Assembly: GCF_000143415.4 (NCBI RefSeq)
Contig: NW_003314307.1
Span: 11,369-75,368, forward strand
Direction of reading: 5' to 3'
Origin: Selaginella moellendorffii
Taxonomy: Eukaryota; Plantae; Lycopodiophyta
Length of the DNA stretch: 64,000 nucleotides
Shown here: positions 50,901-64,000 of the stretch, piece by piece
How positions within the stretch are numbered: the first letter of the stretch is position 1
How the letters are laid out: the number at the start of each line of letters is the position of its first letter
Program-made: the position numbers and the translations under genes
The notes under the pieces: generated by a model
Databases searched by the model: none
Seen by the model: the letters and a program-made list of their open reading frames with translations, nothing else
What the model was told of the DNA's origin: nothing

Positions 50901-53717
50901 TGCAGCTACCACGTTGTATGGCCAAGTGAACTAGACAACAAAGCAGACCCACGTTCAAATATCAAGGCCTTATCAAAATTGTTAATAGACACTACCAATC
51001 CTTGTTCACTGGATTTTGGTAATACATGTCAACTTGGATGCGTTTACTGGCTAAGGCTAGTTGTTCAAAACCACACTGATATTTTTAGCAAGATACACGT
51101 TGGTGTAAACAAATACGGAAGTGGCTACCCTCCCCCCCTTGCAAAAGAAGACTATGTCGTACTTTCTGGTCTTACTGGAAGGCAGCTTACATTACCACAA
51201 GCAACAGACTCCAAATCCGTTTTGAAACTTAAAAATCGGAAAGTTCCCCCAATAATAGACTTTCCCAATGAAGTTCACCAGAAGTACTGGTCCGTTTTTG
51301 GGCATTTGATGGTTTCTCGCAGGCTGGAAGTTGAGATGCACAATATTCTTATCAGGAACGGTGAAGCATTATCTCTACTTGTCTACCCAGGTTGCGAAGG
51401 CCTTTTGGAAAGCCAAGGGCAGTGGTTCTGTGACATTTTTGCGTTTAGCTGCTTGCCAGGCTTCTACTCAGACATTTTAACATGCTCAGTAAGTTTCTGG
51501 AGCTATATAAGTCTAATTCTTTACGGTATTTGCGTAGGTGGGAGGACTTCCACCAGCTGAAATTCCAATTTCAATTGGAGTGACGGGCACGCCGTTGTTT
51601 GCAAGGCCTCAACACCTCGAACCAAGAGGCTATCAACATCCTAAAATCAATTCAAGTCTTGTTTTAAGATGGCCACCGGTGTCCGTGGGAAATCCTAGAC
51701 GAACCAAAAGGTTTTGGGTGGCTAACGTATCTCCATACCCTTTGGAAGTCATGTGGATGATGATGGTGCCTGAACCCGGTCGATTAGCGACAATCCACTT
51801 GGTTCATGCCGATGAGTCCTGGGTGCGTGTGAGTTTACTGGGAAATCCCGAATTTGGCCCAGTGCAACTACGTCTAGACATAATAGATAGAGAACGGGTA
51901 AAATTTCATACAAAAGAGAGTTTTTACATCCCAAGGAAGATCATCCATTTACTGTTTCTCCAATGAAACAGGTATAGAAAACTTTATAGTCAAATTTTCA
52001 TGTCTAATAGTTCTTTCCAGGTCATTCTTGCTCACGGTAACGTTAGCTTTGAGGTAACGTTCGATACCATGCAAGCTGCACACTTTACCTGTATCCTAGT
52101 AGGGAAGACACAATTTGCGTCCTATCCAGACGAACATACAGGTGCTTATGGTAAACGGCCGTCTAGACGAGTCACTTTTCTTGAGAAAACTCAGATTATA
52201 GAGACGGATACTGTACGACGAAAATCTTCAACGGTAACATTTTCCGATTCACAAACCAAGAAACCGATGTTAAAAAATGAACTAGTTAGGATTACGTCAT
52301 CGATGGGAAGTTTGAACGAACCAGTTAGAACGTCTCTTCATGCTCTATCCGAGTCAAGTGAACAGACAAGAAAGCCTCCAAAGACAGCGCAACAAGGTTT
52401 ACTTCAGGATTTACGAGCAGAAAAGCGGTCTTCTTTGAAAAGATCTTCATTGCAACTGACTGGACAAAGCTTACTGGGACCAGAGAAAAGGTCTTCTCTG
52501 AAAAGATCGTCAATTATGCTCAATGAAAGTGCAAGAATACAACAACAAGTGACTGCTATTTTAGATGATGGCCCAATTGTATTTGATCCCTCGCAAGAGT
52601 TTTTTGCTCCATTACGTGTCTGCCTAGAGGCCATTGTATTTGAGCCCAGGTACTTCCAGATCTCTGGGATGTTTCCGGGTTTGAAATTACCCTTTATTAC
52701 AGGCTAAAACCCAGCATCGATGATCCTGTGGAATATTTCTGCTGTGGAGCCGTTCCATCATCAGATAAATGTTACACCAAGGTGGTAGTTTTGCAAAATG
52801 TTTATAGTCACAGTCTCACCTTCTCGGTAGCCTTGGACCCACCGTTTTACGTTATTAAGGTTGAAAGTGGCCTTTTGTCTTCAGAAAATGAGGACAATAC
52901 TCTACAGACAACAGATCCTCTTGGGCTTTCATGTGTTGTACTGCCTTCCGAATGGAGTATTCGTCTAACTATTAACTTTCGTCCCGAACCGGAAATACTT
53001 AGTGAGCATAAAGACCTAAGGTTTGAGAAGGATATTCTTTTAAAGTTCTTTGAAGAGTATACACAGGTAAATTGGCGATTATTTTTTTAGGTGTGAAAAA
53101 TATTTTTTGTTCTCTCTCTTTCCTTAGGTTGTACCCGTTCAAGCAAAAGTGTTTTTTCCTGCCGTTAAAGTACTTTCAGAATGCATCTGGTTTGGTTCAG
53201 TGGTCATAAACGCATCTCAGACACTTGTCTTTAGCGTGACCAATGCAAGCTACTTTGACAGTCAATGGCGTTTAGTAAAGGAGGGCCTTCAAGAAGAGCT
53301 AGTGGAGGAGGTTCCTACGGTATGGGTTTCTCCTTACTGAGCTGAACTTTTTTGTTCATTGTGCAGTCGGGTTTGAAAAAGAAATCAGATAATAGGAAGC
53401 CAATGTCACCGGAGCCTGCCCTCGTGCTACCACTTGTGGAGGAACCTCCTGCGGAACCATTTGTCAAAGATCCATTTCATGTGGACATTCAAGGCGGTTT
53501 GCTTCCTGGCAGAGGAACTGAAGAAGCTGTAAGGCACGTCGTGACTGTCACCTTTGTACCTGTGGAAGCTAAACTTTATAGGCAAGTCTTTCGAATAGAG
53601 GTTGCAGATGGCCGGGGCTGCAGTTTGGTAATGGAAGGCCAGGGCATTACCCAAAAGCCCCCAGAAACTGTGGAAGAAGTAGCTGAATCCAAGGGACCAA
53701 AGAAGGGCAAGAAGTGA
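47932..53717 (+). CDS. DLEC1: DLEC1/CFAP81-like ciliary protein with repeated ASH/Ig-like domains (multi-exon; start uncertain; apparent +1 frameshift at 48929-48932)
   Basis: Motifs recalled from DLEC1: YLNNPRY, PTILDLGHCL, VRNHT...FYW, AFVVQPSCGVL, GPRVSILQPMLDFGLV. Short GT-AG introns join the ORFs at 49269, 50343, 51538, 52000, 52728, 53149 and 53352. Confidence 0.8.
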
Positions 53718-53844
53718 GCGGTCTGTCTGAGGAGGCGCAAAACAAACTAATGACAAGTTATCAATATATCAAGTTGATGAGGTGTCATACTAAAATATTT
53801 GAATTTTAGACACCCACCGCACCAAGTCTCTAGGGTTCTTGCCA

Positions 53845-56800
53845 ATGTCCGCGCCAGAGTCCCCTCGATCACCCAGAGCGTCGTCGCTCGTCCTGGTGCT
53901 GACCGCTGCCCTTGATAGAATAGTCAAGAACGCATCATGGCGCAAGCATGGTAAGCTCGTCCAGGATTGTAAGGCAGTCCTCGACAACCTCGTGGCGTTT
54001 ATCCCCAGTGCCGGTGCCGAGAGCCCTCTTTTTGATGGTGCCGTGCGAATCAGCACTACGGATGCTGAGCTGCTAGTGCAACCACTCCTCGCGGCCTGCG
54101 ATCTCCAGTCGGCCAAGGTTATTGAGCCCGCATTGGATTGTTTTCAAAAGCTCATTGTGCACGGTCATCTGGTTGGGGAGATCGGTACAGGCAACGATTC
54201 ACAGTCGGAATCCAGCCTCATTCATAGGATCCTCGACGCGGTTTGCAAGTGTCATGATCTAGGGGAAGAAATAATTGAATTGGCCATTCTAAAGACGCTG
54301 CTCACAGCGGTCGTGTCCACCTCACTTAGCATCCACGGGGATCACTTGCTGCGGGCTATCAGCACTTGCTACAACATCTTCCTGGGGAGCAAGGTGGCGG
54401 CTAACCAGACGTCCGCAAAGGCGACTCTCACCCAAATCCTCAGGGTCATTTTTACAAGAATGGAGGCCGACTCAGCTTCGGTTCCCTTGCAACCTGTCGT
54501 ATTGACTGATTTGCTTGAAGCCGAGAGGACCACTTCCGACACCTTCGTCCAAAATTTCCTTACAAAGGTGGCCTTGGATTTTGACGTGGTCCTTCACGTT
54601 GGTCCCAAGCTTGTTCAGCACGACGATGCTTTCTCTGCTGCCACAGGAGCTGAAAGCAGTAACACCATGGATATGCTTGAGTCAAGTGACAAGGATGCCG
54701 TGGATGCCAAAGCATGGGAGCAAGTCGACAAAGATATGAAGGACATGGAACTGGACGTGGAGATTGGCAACAAGTTTAAGAGGGACGCCTTCTTGGTCTT
54801 CAGAGCTCTTTGCTGCCTGTCGATGAAAAAGCCTCAACAAGAAGGGACACCAGATCCCTTAGCTATACGCTCAAAAGTGCTGGCTTTGGAGCTCTTGAAA
54901 CTTGTCCTTGAAAATGCTGGCACATCTTTTTGTTTCAATCCGAAGTACGTTCTCATTTTTTTTTTTTAATTGTTTTACTATTACCAAATTGAGTTCTGCA
55001 GGTTTTTAGATGCAATCAAGCAGTACCTGTGCTTGTCGCTCATGCAAAACTGTGCCGTATCTGACATATTATCGGTTTTTCAGATGTCTTGCTCTATTTT
55101 TTTGAGCCTTATAGCAAAGTTCAGGGCCTCTTTGAAAACGGAAATCGGTGTGTTTTTTCCAATGATCGTTTTGAGAGTCATTGAAAATGTTATTCAGCCA
55201 AATTACCAACAGAAGATGACTGTCTTATGTTTCATTGAAAAACTATCAGCAGATCCACAGGTACTTCCTGATATGTTCGTGAACTACGACTGTGATGTGG
55301 AGTCCACGAATCTCTTTGAAAGGCAAGCTTTATGTTCCACTTAGTCCATTAAAGTAATTTTTTCTATAGGGTTGTGAATGGCTTACTCAAAAGTGCTCAA
55401 GGAGCACCAGCCAGTGCAGATACAGGATTAACAGCTGCTCAAGATGCAACATTGAAGCTTACTGCCATGAAGTGTTTGACAGGAATATTAAAGGCGATGG
55501 GAGATTGGATGGAGAAGCAACTTGGTGCCTTGAACTCTCCGTACTTCAACAGCTCAGACGTGGAAACCGGCAAACTGGACGCTGCAAGCGTATCCACAGC
55601 AGGAGCTAGTGCTACAGAAGTCGGGGATGAGATCGCTGAACCATTAGAAACAGATCAGGCATCAACTGAAAGTGCAGTTACTTTTGAGCAAAGACGTGTT
55701 CACAAGCTTGAGCTTCAGGTAATCTCTATCCCTGCTTCATTGTAAATAAGTGCCAGCGCTGTGAATTTCTTCTGTAACTTTCCACCTTATACACCAGGGA
55801 TGCATGAAGGACTGGGCATTCAATTACAAGCTTCTTACACTATGCAGGAAGGAATCAAAGTATTCAACCAGAAGCCTCACAAGGGTATTGATTTCCTTGT
55901 AAAAGCCAAGAAAGTGGAGAAAAATCCTGAAGAGGTTGCCAAGTTCCTCCTGAGTACCACAGGTCTCAACAAGAGCATGATCGGGGATTACCTGGGTGAA
56001 AAAGAGGAGTTTTCGTTAAAAGTCATGCATGCATATGTTGACTCCTTCAACTTTCATAATATGGAGTTTGACGAGTCGATACGAACATTCTTGATGGGAT
56101 TCAGGCTCCCTGGAGAGGCTCAGAAGATTGACAGGATAATGGAAAAATTTGCGGAGCGATATTGCATCTGTAATCCCAAAGCTTTCACGAGTGCCGACAC
56201 TGCTTATGTCCTCGCATATTCTGTAATTATGCTTAACACTGATGCGCACAACGTGATGGTGAAAGATAAGGTGAACAAATGCTTCCACTTCCTTCCAAGA
56301 TCTCACTCATGTGCTATTACAGATGTCTAAAGCTGCATTTATAAAAAATAACAGAGGCATTGACGATGGAAAGGATCTTCTTGAAGAGTTTATGGGAGGA
56401 CTATATGACCGTATAGTAAAAAAAGAAATTAAAATGAAAGCGGATAATGTTATTCCGGTCACCAAACCAGCTGGGAAGGACAATAAATTTCCTGCTGGGA
56501 TTGACAACATCTTGAACATAGTTATCCGAAAGCCCAAAGAAGAGAAGCTGTTTGAGTCCAGTGACGACGCAATTCGTTATATGCAAGATCAACTCAAAGA
56601 AAAAGCTGAGAAACCACAGTAAGATGCACTGTTGTCCTTATTGTTTTGATAGCATTGCCTTCATTTTGTACTAGATCTGCATACTATGCTGCGATAGACG
56701 TGGAAATTGTAAAGCCAATGGTAGAAGTTTCATGGGGACCCATGCTTGCGGGGCTTAGTGTCCCACTAGACAAGAGTGACGACGAGGTTGTGACTTCACC

Positions 56801-59552
56801 GTGCCTGGAAGGGTTCAGGCATGCGATACATATCACTTCAGTGATGCGCATGCAAATACAGCGGGATGCTTTTGTGACTTCTCTTGCAAAGTTTACATTG
56901 CTACATTCTCCTGTGGATATCAAGCAGAAAAACGTGAATGCTATCAAGGTAAATTTAGTGTGATGACGTTATGGTGCTTACCCTGGCCAAATATTTAGGT
57001 TTTGCTCAATATTGCAGATGAATATGGAAATTATTTGCAGGACGCATGGGAGCATGTACTTACATGCGTTTCACGATTTGATCAGCTTTATCTCATCGGC
57101 GAAGGTGCTCTTCCCGATGCTACTTTTTTTTCAAACGATCCAGAAAAGACTAAGCTATCAACTGCTCCAAAAAGAAAAGGAAGATTGCATTTTGCTGCTC
57201 TAGCTGCACGCCGAGGATCATACGACAGTACTGGTGGCAGGCAGAGCCCAATACCTGGTGCAGTCACAGCAGAGCAAATGTGTAATCTCGTTTCAAATCT
57301 CGGTTTGCTTGGTCAAATTAATTCGAACGAAGCTAACAAAATTTTTACTCGAAGTCAAGCCTTAAGTAGTGAAGGAATTGTGGACTTTGTAAAAGCATTG
57401 TGCAAAGTGTCCATGGATGAACTGCGATCTCCTACTGATCCACGAGTGTTCAGTCTCACCAAAATTGTGGAAATCTCGTAAGTATTCAGGTCACTCAGTG
57501 ATTTGATTGTGACGTATTTTCTTGCTTGTTGTATAGACACTTCAATATGAATCGGATCAGGCTGGTTTGGAGCAGGATGTGGAATACATTGTCTGACTAT
57601 TTTGTTACTGTTGGGTGTTCAAGCAATTTCTCAGTTGCTATGTATGCCATGGACTCTCTGCGGCAGTTGGCAATGAAATTCATGGATCGTGAAGAGCTTG
57701 CAAATTACAACTTCCAAAATCAGTTTATGCGGCCTTTTGTCATCATCATGCAGAGAAGTGCCTCTGTTGAAATACGAGAATTTATCATCCGCTGTGTCTC
57801 TCAAATGGTGTGCACTCGAGTTGGCAACGTGAAATCTGGCTGGAAAATTACGTTTATGGTAACAAAGGTTTGAGAGTCATTTTGGACAAGGTATCAATGC
57901 TTTATCAATTACAGGTCTTTACTACTGCCGCAACAGATAGAGATAGCGGCATTGTCCATCTTGCATTTGAAACGGTGGAGAAAGTTGTCAGAGATTACTT
58001 TCAACACATTACTGAAACTGAGAACACAATATTCACGGACTGTGTGAATTGCCTTCTTGCGTTCATAAACAACAAGTTTAATGACGATATCAGCCTCAAT
58101 GCTCTCGCATTTCTGCGTTTTTGCGCCTTAAAGCTTGGTGAAGGAGAGCTCAGTACTTGTCGCAACAGCCCTGAAAAAGTTCCAAATACTGAAAGTGGCC
58201 CTGAGCAAGATGATCATCTCTTCTTCTGGTTTCCTCTGCTTGCAGGTAATAACATCGCATCTTAGTTTCGTGGTTTTATTGAATTTTGTCCTAGGATTGG
58301 CGGAGTTAACATACGACTCACGCACAGCGATTCGTAAGAGTGCCGTGCACGTCTTATTTGACGTCTTACAGTGCCATGGACATGTGTTCTCAACAAGTTC
58401 TTGGGAACAGATATACAACACTGTCTTATTCCCTCTCTTTGATTCAGCAAGGCGATCGATCAAGCTTCAGAACGTGGATAGTGAAAAAGACATGGACGCC
58501 TGGCTTTATGAAACGTGTAGTCTGGCCTTGCAGCCACTGGTTGAGCTCTACGTGAAGTTTTTCCCAGTTGTTCGTCCATTTATGCGTAAGGTACTATCTT
58601 TGATGAAGGACTTCCTCAAAATACACCATGAAAAAATCGTTGGAATTACCATTGCCTCTTTCGTCCGGCTCATCGTCAAGGGAGGGCCTCAGTTCTCCAA
58701 AGTTGACTGGGTGGACATATTACAAGGCTTACAATCAGTGGCCGAGGAGACGTTTCCAAACGTAATGCAGATAGTAACTTTTATGGAGGGTGCTTCATCT
58801 GAAGGGTTTACATCTGATGAAGATAGCAAGTTGCAGTGTTTTCTGGCCGAGCTGAAGTTCCACTCAACAGTCCAGCTCCTCCTTGTACAGGCAAGCTTCT
58901 TTGTTATAGTTTCAATTTTTATTCTTCTATAGATTTGTATCCTAACCTCCAGGCAGTAAGGGAGATCTATGACGCTTTTGGGCCGAAGCTGGCATCGCCT
59001 CACGTGACACTGCTTCTTGGAGTCCTAAACGTGATAGTGGTGCACGCTCACAAAGTTAACAACGATCTCTTTCTACGCAACAAGATCTACAAGCTTCAGT
59101 TATCGTCCCAGATGGGCGATCCACCTTTACTGTGGCTGGAGAGCGAGTCTTCGCAGGCCTATATGGAAATACTCCAGAGACTTCACGAGGACAACTCGGT
59201 GCTGCTGAAGAACGTGGACGTCGAGGCCCGTTTTGTGGAATTTTGCAAAGAGGTCTTGCAAGTTTACGCTAAAACGTCCACTTTCACTCACCAGCCTCAG
59301 CGCCTCAAGCTACAGTGGATGATCCCTGTGAGCTACACGAGAAGGAGGGAGCTTACCGCTCGAGCCCCACTCGTCATCATGACTCTTAGAGCTCTTAGCC
59401 GGTTTCGCAACACCCCATTTCAGAAGTATCTCAGTAGTTTTTTTCCAGTGCTGACGAGCTTGGTGGGTTGTGAACATGGCTCTATGGAAGTTCAATTTGC
59501 ACTGAGCGATCTCTTTAGTGAGTGCTTTGGCCCGCTTCTATTAAACTACTAG
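53845..59552 (+). CDS. BIG: BIG/Sec7-family ARF guanine-nucleotide exchange factor (DCB-HUS-Sec7-HDS), multi-exon
   Basis: N-terminal [16 protein letters not shown] box NYDCD, Sec7 motif [45 protein letters not shown]. Confidence 0.96.
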
Positions 59553-59748
59553 GTATAATATTTATAAATTGCTATGCCATTGTGTTTTGTTTTGTCCCAT
59601 GTGGTACACGTCAATCGATCCAGACTTGCAGTACTTAATGAGAAAAAGTTTATTTGAAATTTTGCGCGTCCGCTGCTCCTCCATTGTTGCATTTAAAACG
59701 GTTGCTAGGTTTTGGATTCTGCTTAAGGAAGAAAACACTCTCACGAGG

Positions 59749-61863
59749 ATGGCGAGCCACGAACATTGCTGTGGAGGCATGTTCTGGGCATACATAGTCT
59801 TAAGCATCTGTTTGGTGGTATTCGCTGGCATCATGTCGGGTCTCACGCTTGGCCTTATGTCACTGGAACTTGTAGACTTAGAGGTTCTGATGAAGTCTGG
59901 ATCCCTGCAAGATCGCAAGCACGCCGGTAAGACTGTTTCCAGTATTTCCTGATGAGCTTAACAATGTGTCCGATTGACAGAGATAATATACCCTGTGGTT
60001 AAAGAGCAACACCTCTTGCTATGCACGCTGCTAATCTGTAATGCTCTCGCAATGGAGGCACTTCCGATTTTCTTGGATGCAGTCGTGAACGCTTGGAGTG
60101 CAGTCTTGATTTCAGTCACTCTTATCCTCCTATTTGGAGAAGTAGGTGTTGCTACAAAACACGAGGATTGATAAACAACTGACTTTCCTCTCTTAGATAC
60201 TGCCACAAGCCATTTGCTCTCGTTATGGCTTGGCAATTGGCGCAAAGATGACCCCGTTCGTCCGCGTTCTTGTCTGGATATGCTTTCCAATCTCCTATCC
60301 AATAAGCAAGGTAAGCAAGTACTTTGCATGATTTTGCTCATCACAAGGAAATTTCAGCTACTGGATTCTGTTCTTGGAAAAGACCACGTTGCATTGTTTC
60401 GTAGAGCAGAGCTCAAGACACTAGTCGGGCTTCATGACAAAGAAGTAGGATCTGCCAAATCATATAAATCTTTTAGCATCGACCATTGGTAGGCTGGAAA
60501 AGGCGGAGAGCTAACTCACGATGAGGCGACAATCATAACTGGAGCATTAGATTTGACAGAAAAAACAGCAGAAGACGCAATGACTCCCATCTCTAAAGCC
60601 TTCTGTGTCGACATCAACGTAAAGCTTGACTTGTACTAAGTTTGTGCAAATCATGCATATAAATTCTTTTAATTTGGTGTTTTCACTTGCAGAGAGACGA
60701 TGAAGGCCATTATAGATCGAGGACATAGTCGAGTGCCGGTGTACTTTGAAAGACCAACTAATATAGTTGGTCTGATACTGGTAGGCAGAGAAAGGAGGTC
60801 CGGCTAAATAGCATTTTTTATAGGTCAAGACCTTGCTTACAGTTCGTCCCGAAACTGCAACTCCACTTATTAATCTTACGATCCGAAAGATACCAAGGTG
60901 CGTAAAATTGTGACTAGTCGCACTAGAATTTTTCTTTGTTGTTCGGTGTATGTGTACACGTTCATCAGGGTTGGAGAAAAGATGCCGTTGTATGACATTT
61001 TAAACGAGTTTCAAAAAGGACATAGCCACATGGCAGTCGTTGTGAGGAACACGCGATTAAAGCCCGAAAGCCTAAAAAAGAAACATTCTCTGGACAGAAG
61101 ACTCAGTAGTAGAAGATTTAGTAAGAAAGGTATTAAAGCTAACATCTCATTTTGTTCAGGTACAAACTGCAAGGATAAACCTCTGTATAATTTATTAGAA
61201 TAAATCAACTTCGCGTCCTGACTAACAGGCTCGCAAGTGACTGAGATCCAACAGGAATTTTATCCAGCCCCTGATGGTGAGAGCACCCCTTGGAAGTCAA
61301 AATCAGAACGAAATGCCTCTGAGGACATACTGGATGTGTTGCCATTGGTAAGTGTAAACGATGACGAAGCTGTGGGGATTATCACGATGGAAGATGTTAT
61401 TGAAGAGCTCTTGCAGGTGAATAATGACATCTTTCTTCATGCTACTTTCTAAGGCTTTTTTTTTCTTCTTCTTCTTTCTTTCTCAGGAAGAAATCTGGGA
61501 CGAATCCGACCAGCAACGCGAGCTTTACAATAAGTAAGTCTTTTCTGCATTAGAACAAAGAGGACACGTCACGATGACGATAGAACTCTTGACCTGATAT
61601 GTCTTTTCAGATTGCGAGCCAGCTTAGCATCACCACGAACACCAAGACATATAGTTCCTACTTCAATCTCAGAGGCAGAATCACTGATGGTTCGGACCTC
61701 CATGCAGACAGCCACTAGTTCACACTCTCCACCGCCTGATTCACCAGGGTCACATTCTCCCCCCACACACTCTCCACACAGAAGGTAAGAAATAAAACAA
61801 TGAGCTCTATGAGCTGTTCATAAGGAGCACTCTAGCAATTTTAAGCAATGTCGTTGTCCCTGA
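59749..61863 (+). CDS. DUF21 + CBS domain (CNNM-like) membrane protein, multi-exon; 3' end approximate
   Basis: [88 protein letters not shown]. Confidence 0.93.
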
Positions 61864-61930
61864 AGACAACATGCGACGTCAAAAGACGCCTGCTTTGAGA
61901 TCTGAAATAAAACAACTGATAAACGTTATC

Positions 61931-62889
61931 TCAGATTGTAGAGCATGTAACACTCGATATACTTTTAAACTTTCGTTTCTTCCTGCCAGATCCAGTTTTG
62001 ACCTCCGTAGCACCAGATAAAGCGAGTAGTCCTTCAATTCCACGATCTTCATCAGACTTCCGGTGCTGTGCTGTCCCGCTCCCGGCCTTTAATCGTCTAC
62101 CAACTTTGTGAGTCTTTGTTATTTTAGCAGATGGCTTGTGAGTAAAGTTTGTAGCTGCATTCTTTCCACGAAATGTCCGAGCGGCGTCATCGTAGGCATG
62201 TGCTGCTGCGTCTTCTGTAAGATATGTTCCTAACCACAGCCGTTTGCCTGCCGGAGTCCTGATTTCTGCACCATACGTGCCCCAGGGCCTTCTACAAACT
62301 CCAATATATCTTGATTTTTGAGGCCTTGTATCCAAAGACCAGCTCTCTGCCTTGTGAGAGCCACAACTCAAGCTCATTGTTTCGAAATTTATCGAGCCTA
62401 TGTCAACTAGGCAGGAAACTGTTTTTCTCTCCCAGTGTCCGGTCTTTTCTACTCCATATATAGTAGTATCCTTTCGAGTACAATCTTTTAAAGTAGAAAA
62501 ATCATGGTCTCTATCCGGATATGTCATCTGATTATTTTGGCGATCACCTGCAAATTCCAGGTGATGAGCCATGGTAGCTGCGAACACTGAAAGAGAATAC
62601 TCTCCCTGAGGCAAAACACTGTTTTCAATCTTGTGCAGTTTACAAAACCTGAAAAGCCAAAGTCAGCAACGAACCTGGATTGACCAAACAACCTTGGATC
62701 TTGAACACTGGTTGAAACAGGCAGAAAACAAAAGCTTTCTCCCTTGAATTCACATCGCCTATATGGCGCATTTGGATCCTCCAAAATGTGCTTCACGCAA
62801 AAACGATAGCCATGCAGCACGTATTGAAAACAGGTTTCCTTTGATTGACAGATAAATCTATACATTTGTTCGTGGGCCGAATTCGTCAT
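61931..62889 (-). CDS. AP2/ERF-domain protein with N-terminal zf-C3Hc3H (KANSL2/INO80D-type) domain; exons 62889-62693 and 62648-61931, 304 aa
   Basis: AP2: [17 protein letters not shown]...[21 protein letters not shown]-terminus: [19 protein letters not shown]. The 44-nt GT-AG intron 62649-62692 joins the two ORFs in frame and completes DPRFCKLH. Confidence 0.85.
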
Positions 62890-64000
62890 AATTTAGGCCA
62901 GTCACCGCCTAAAGTGGTTTGAGCTGCAAGGCAGCTTGCTAAACAGGAAGACCATTACCTCATATTCCACTTTCCAAGCTGTTAGACACCAACCCTTAAA
63001 GCGGAGATCTGAAAGAGAGCCAGTACTTTAGCCTCCACAGCGACTCGAACCGGAAAGGTGAGGTTAATCTTTATAGTTGCCATTACTAATTAATTAATAA
63101 ATAGCTTTGCTTGAAGAAAGCCCTTGTTCAAATTTTACTGCAGGCACAGCTGCTGGCGATTTTTCTTCCTGGTCAGCAGTTAAACTGCCAGGGAACTAGT
63201 CAGTACTTAAATTCAAATATATCCGCTTAACATGGATGTTTCCTTCAGATAATCCCTGGGGTAAGATTGGAGCAATCTCACATCAAAAGGGTATGTGGGC
63301 CCGAGAGTAGTCAGCCTTAGTCTGTCAGGAAATTGAGCCACGAGGCACGGTCATGTCCATCTTCCTTTATTTCTCTTTTTACCTTTTGGTAGAGTAATAA
63401 GTTAGTGCAACAATTTAGTTATAGCTAGTGCTTCGATTTTCTAGCTGCCCTTTATGATAAACTCTGGCTGCTAGAATCAACTTGTTGTAGGTGAAAGAGT
63501 ACTGTGCTCTTTATGATGATTTTTGACCAACAACACAAAAGTGTCATCATCACTTTGATCATCTCTCTCCTACACATGTCATGCTCTTTCAACTCCCAAT
63601 AGATTTTTCCAGTTGGTTCCAAGGAACCAACTGTGAGAGCTTGAGTTTTGAGTGCACATTATTGAAAGTAGAAGCTCAGTTGCCATGTGTGCAACCTCAG
63701 TTTGGGTATTGGGTGCTACACCTGTAGCGGTTCTTAGGGCTTCCTGTCAAAGTCTCCATTGTGTGCTATGGTCAAAGTTGAGCATGGCATGTCCCATCTT
63801 CAGTTTAGTACCTCCCTTACCTGTTGTGGCTCATTTTCTTTGCTTCAACATGAACTTTGCACTGGTGATTTGTTGCAATATGATGAAGGGTTCTTCAAAC
63901 TTACCTCTGCCCTTCCTGACCAGAACTCCACGCTGTGCTAGTTTCAAGGAGCAGCTGCTATTCAGAAAGAGGTCGCAACAGCTAAGAACAAGGTAACATA

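Noticed and set aside
63652-63996. 114-aa plus-strand ORF / possible minus-strand exons running off the window
   Set aside because: Non-ATG start, no recognisable domain, truncated by the window edge.

Overview
Eukaryotic land-plant DNA, most likely a lycophyte such as Selaginella (inferred from 44-60 nt introns, <200 bp intergenic spacers and a ciliary DLEC1 gene). Bases ~1-45,600 are a nested LTR-retrotransposon graveyard. Bases ~47,900-62,900 are a compact gene island: DLEC1/CFAP81, a BIG-type ARF-GEF, a DUF21/CBS (CNNM-like) gene and a zf-C3Hc3H/AP2 fusion gene. Two results stand out. (1) A TSD-flanked chimeric retroelement (8163-14405) in which identical 194-bp Cassandra-type (5S rRNA promoter-containing) TRIM LTRs enclose the gag-pol and one LTR of a Ty3/gypsy chromovirus, joined exactly at the shared PBS. 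This points to co-packaging and to this chromovirus as the autonomous helper of the Cassandra element. (2) The intact chromovirus (27040-34575) has an integrase split by two small GT-AG introns, one between the second catalytic D and the E, so active integrase and the chromodomain would require splicing while the unspliced RNA is what gets copied. All comparisons were made by eye; no alignments or database searches were run.
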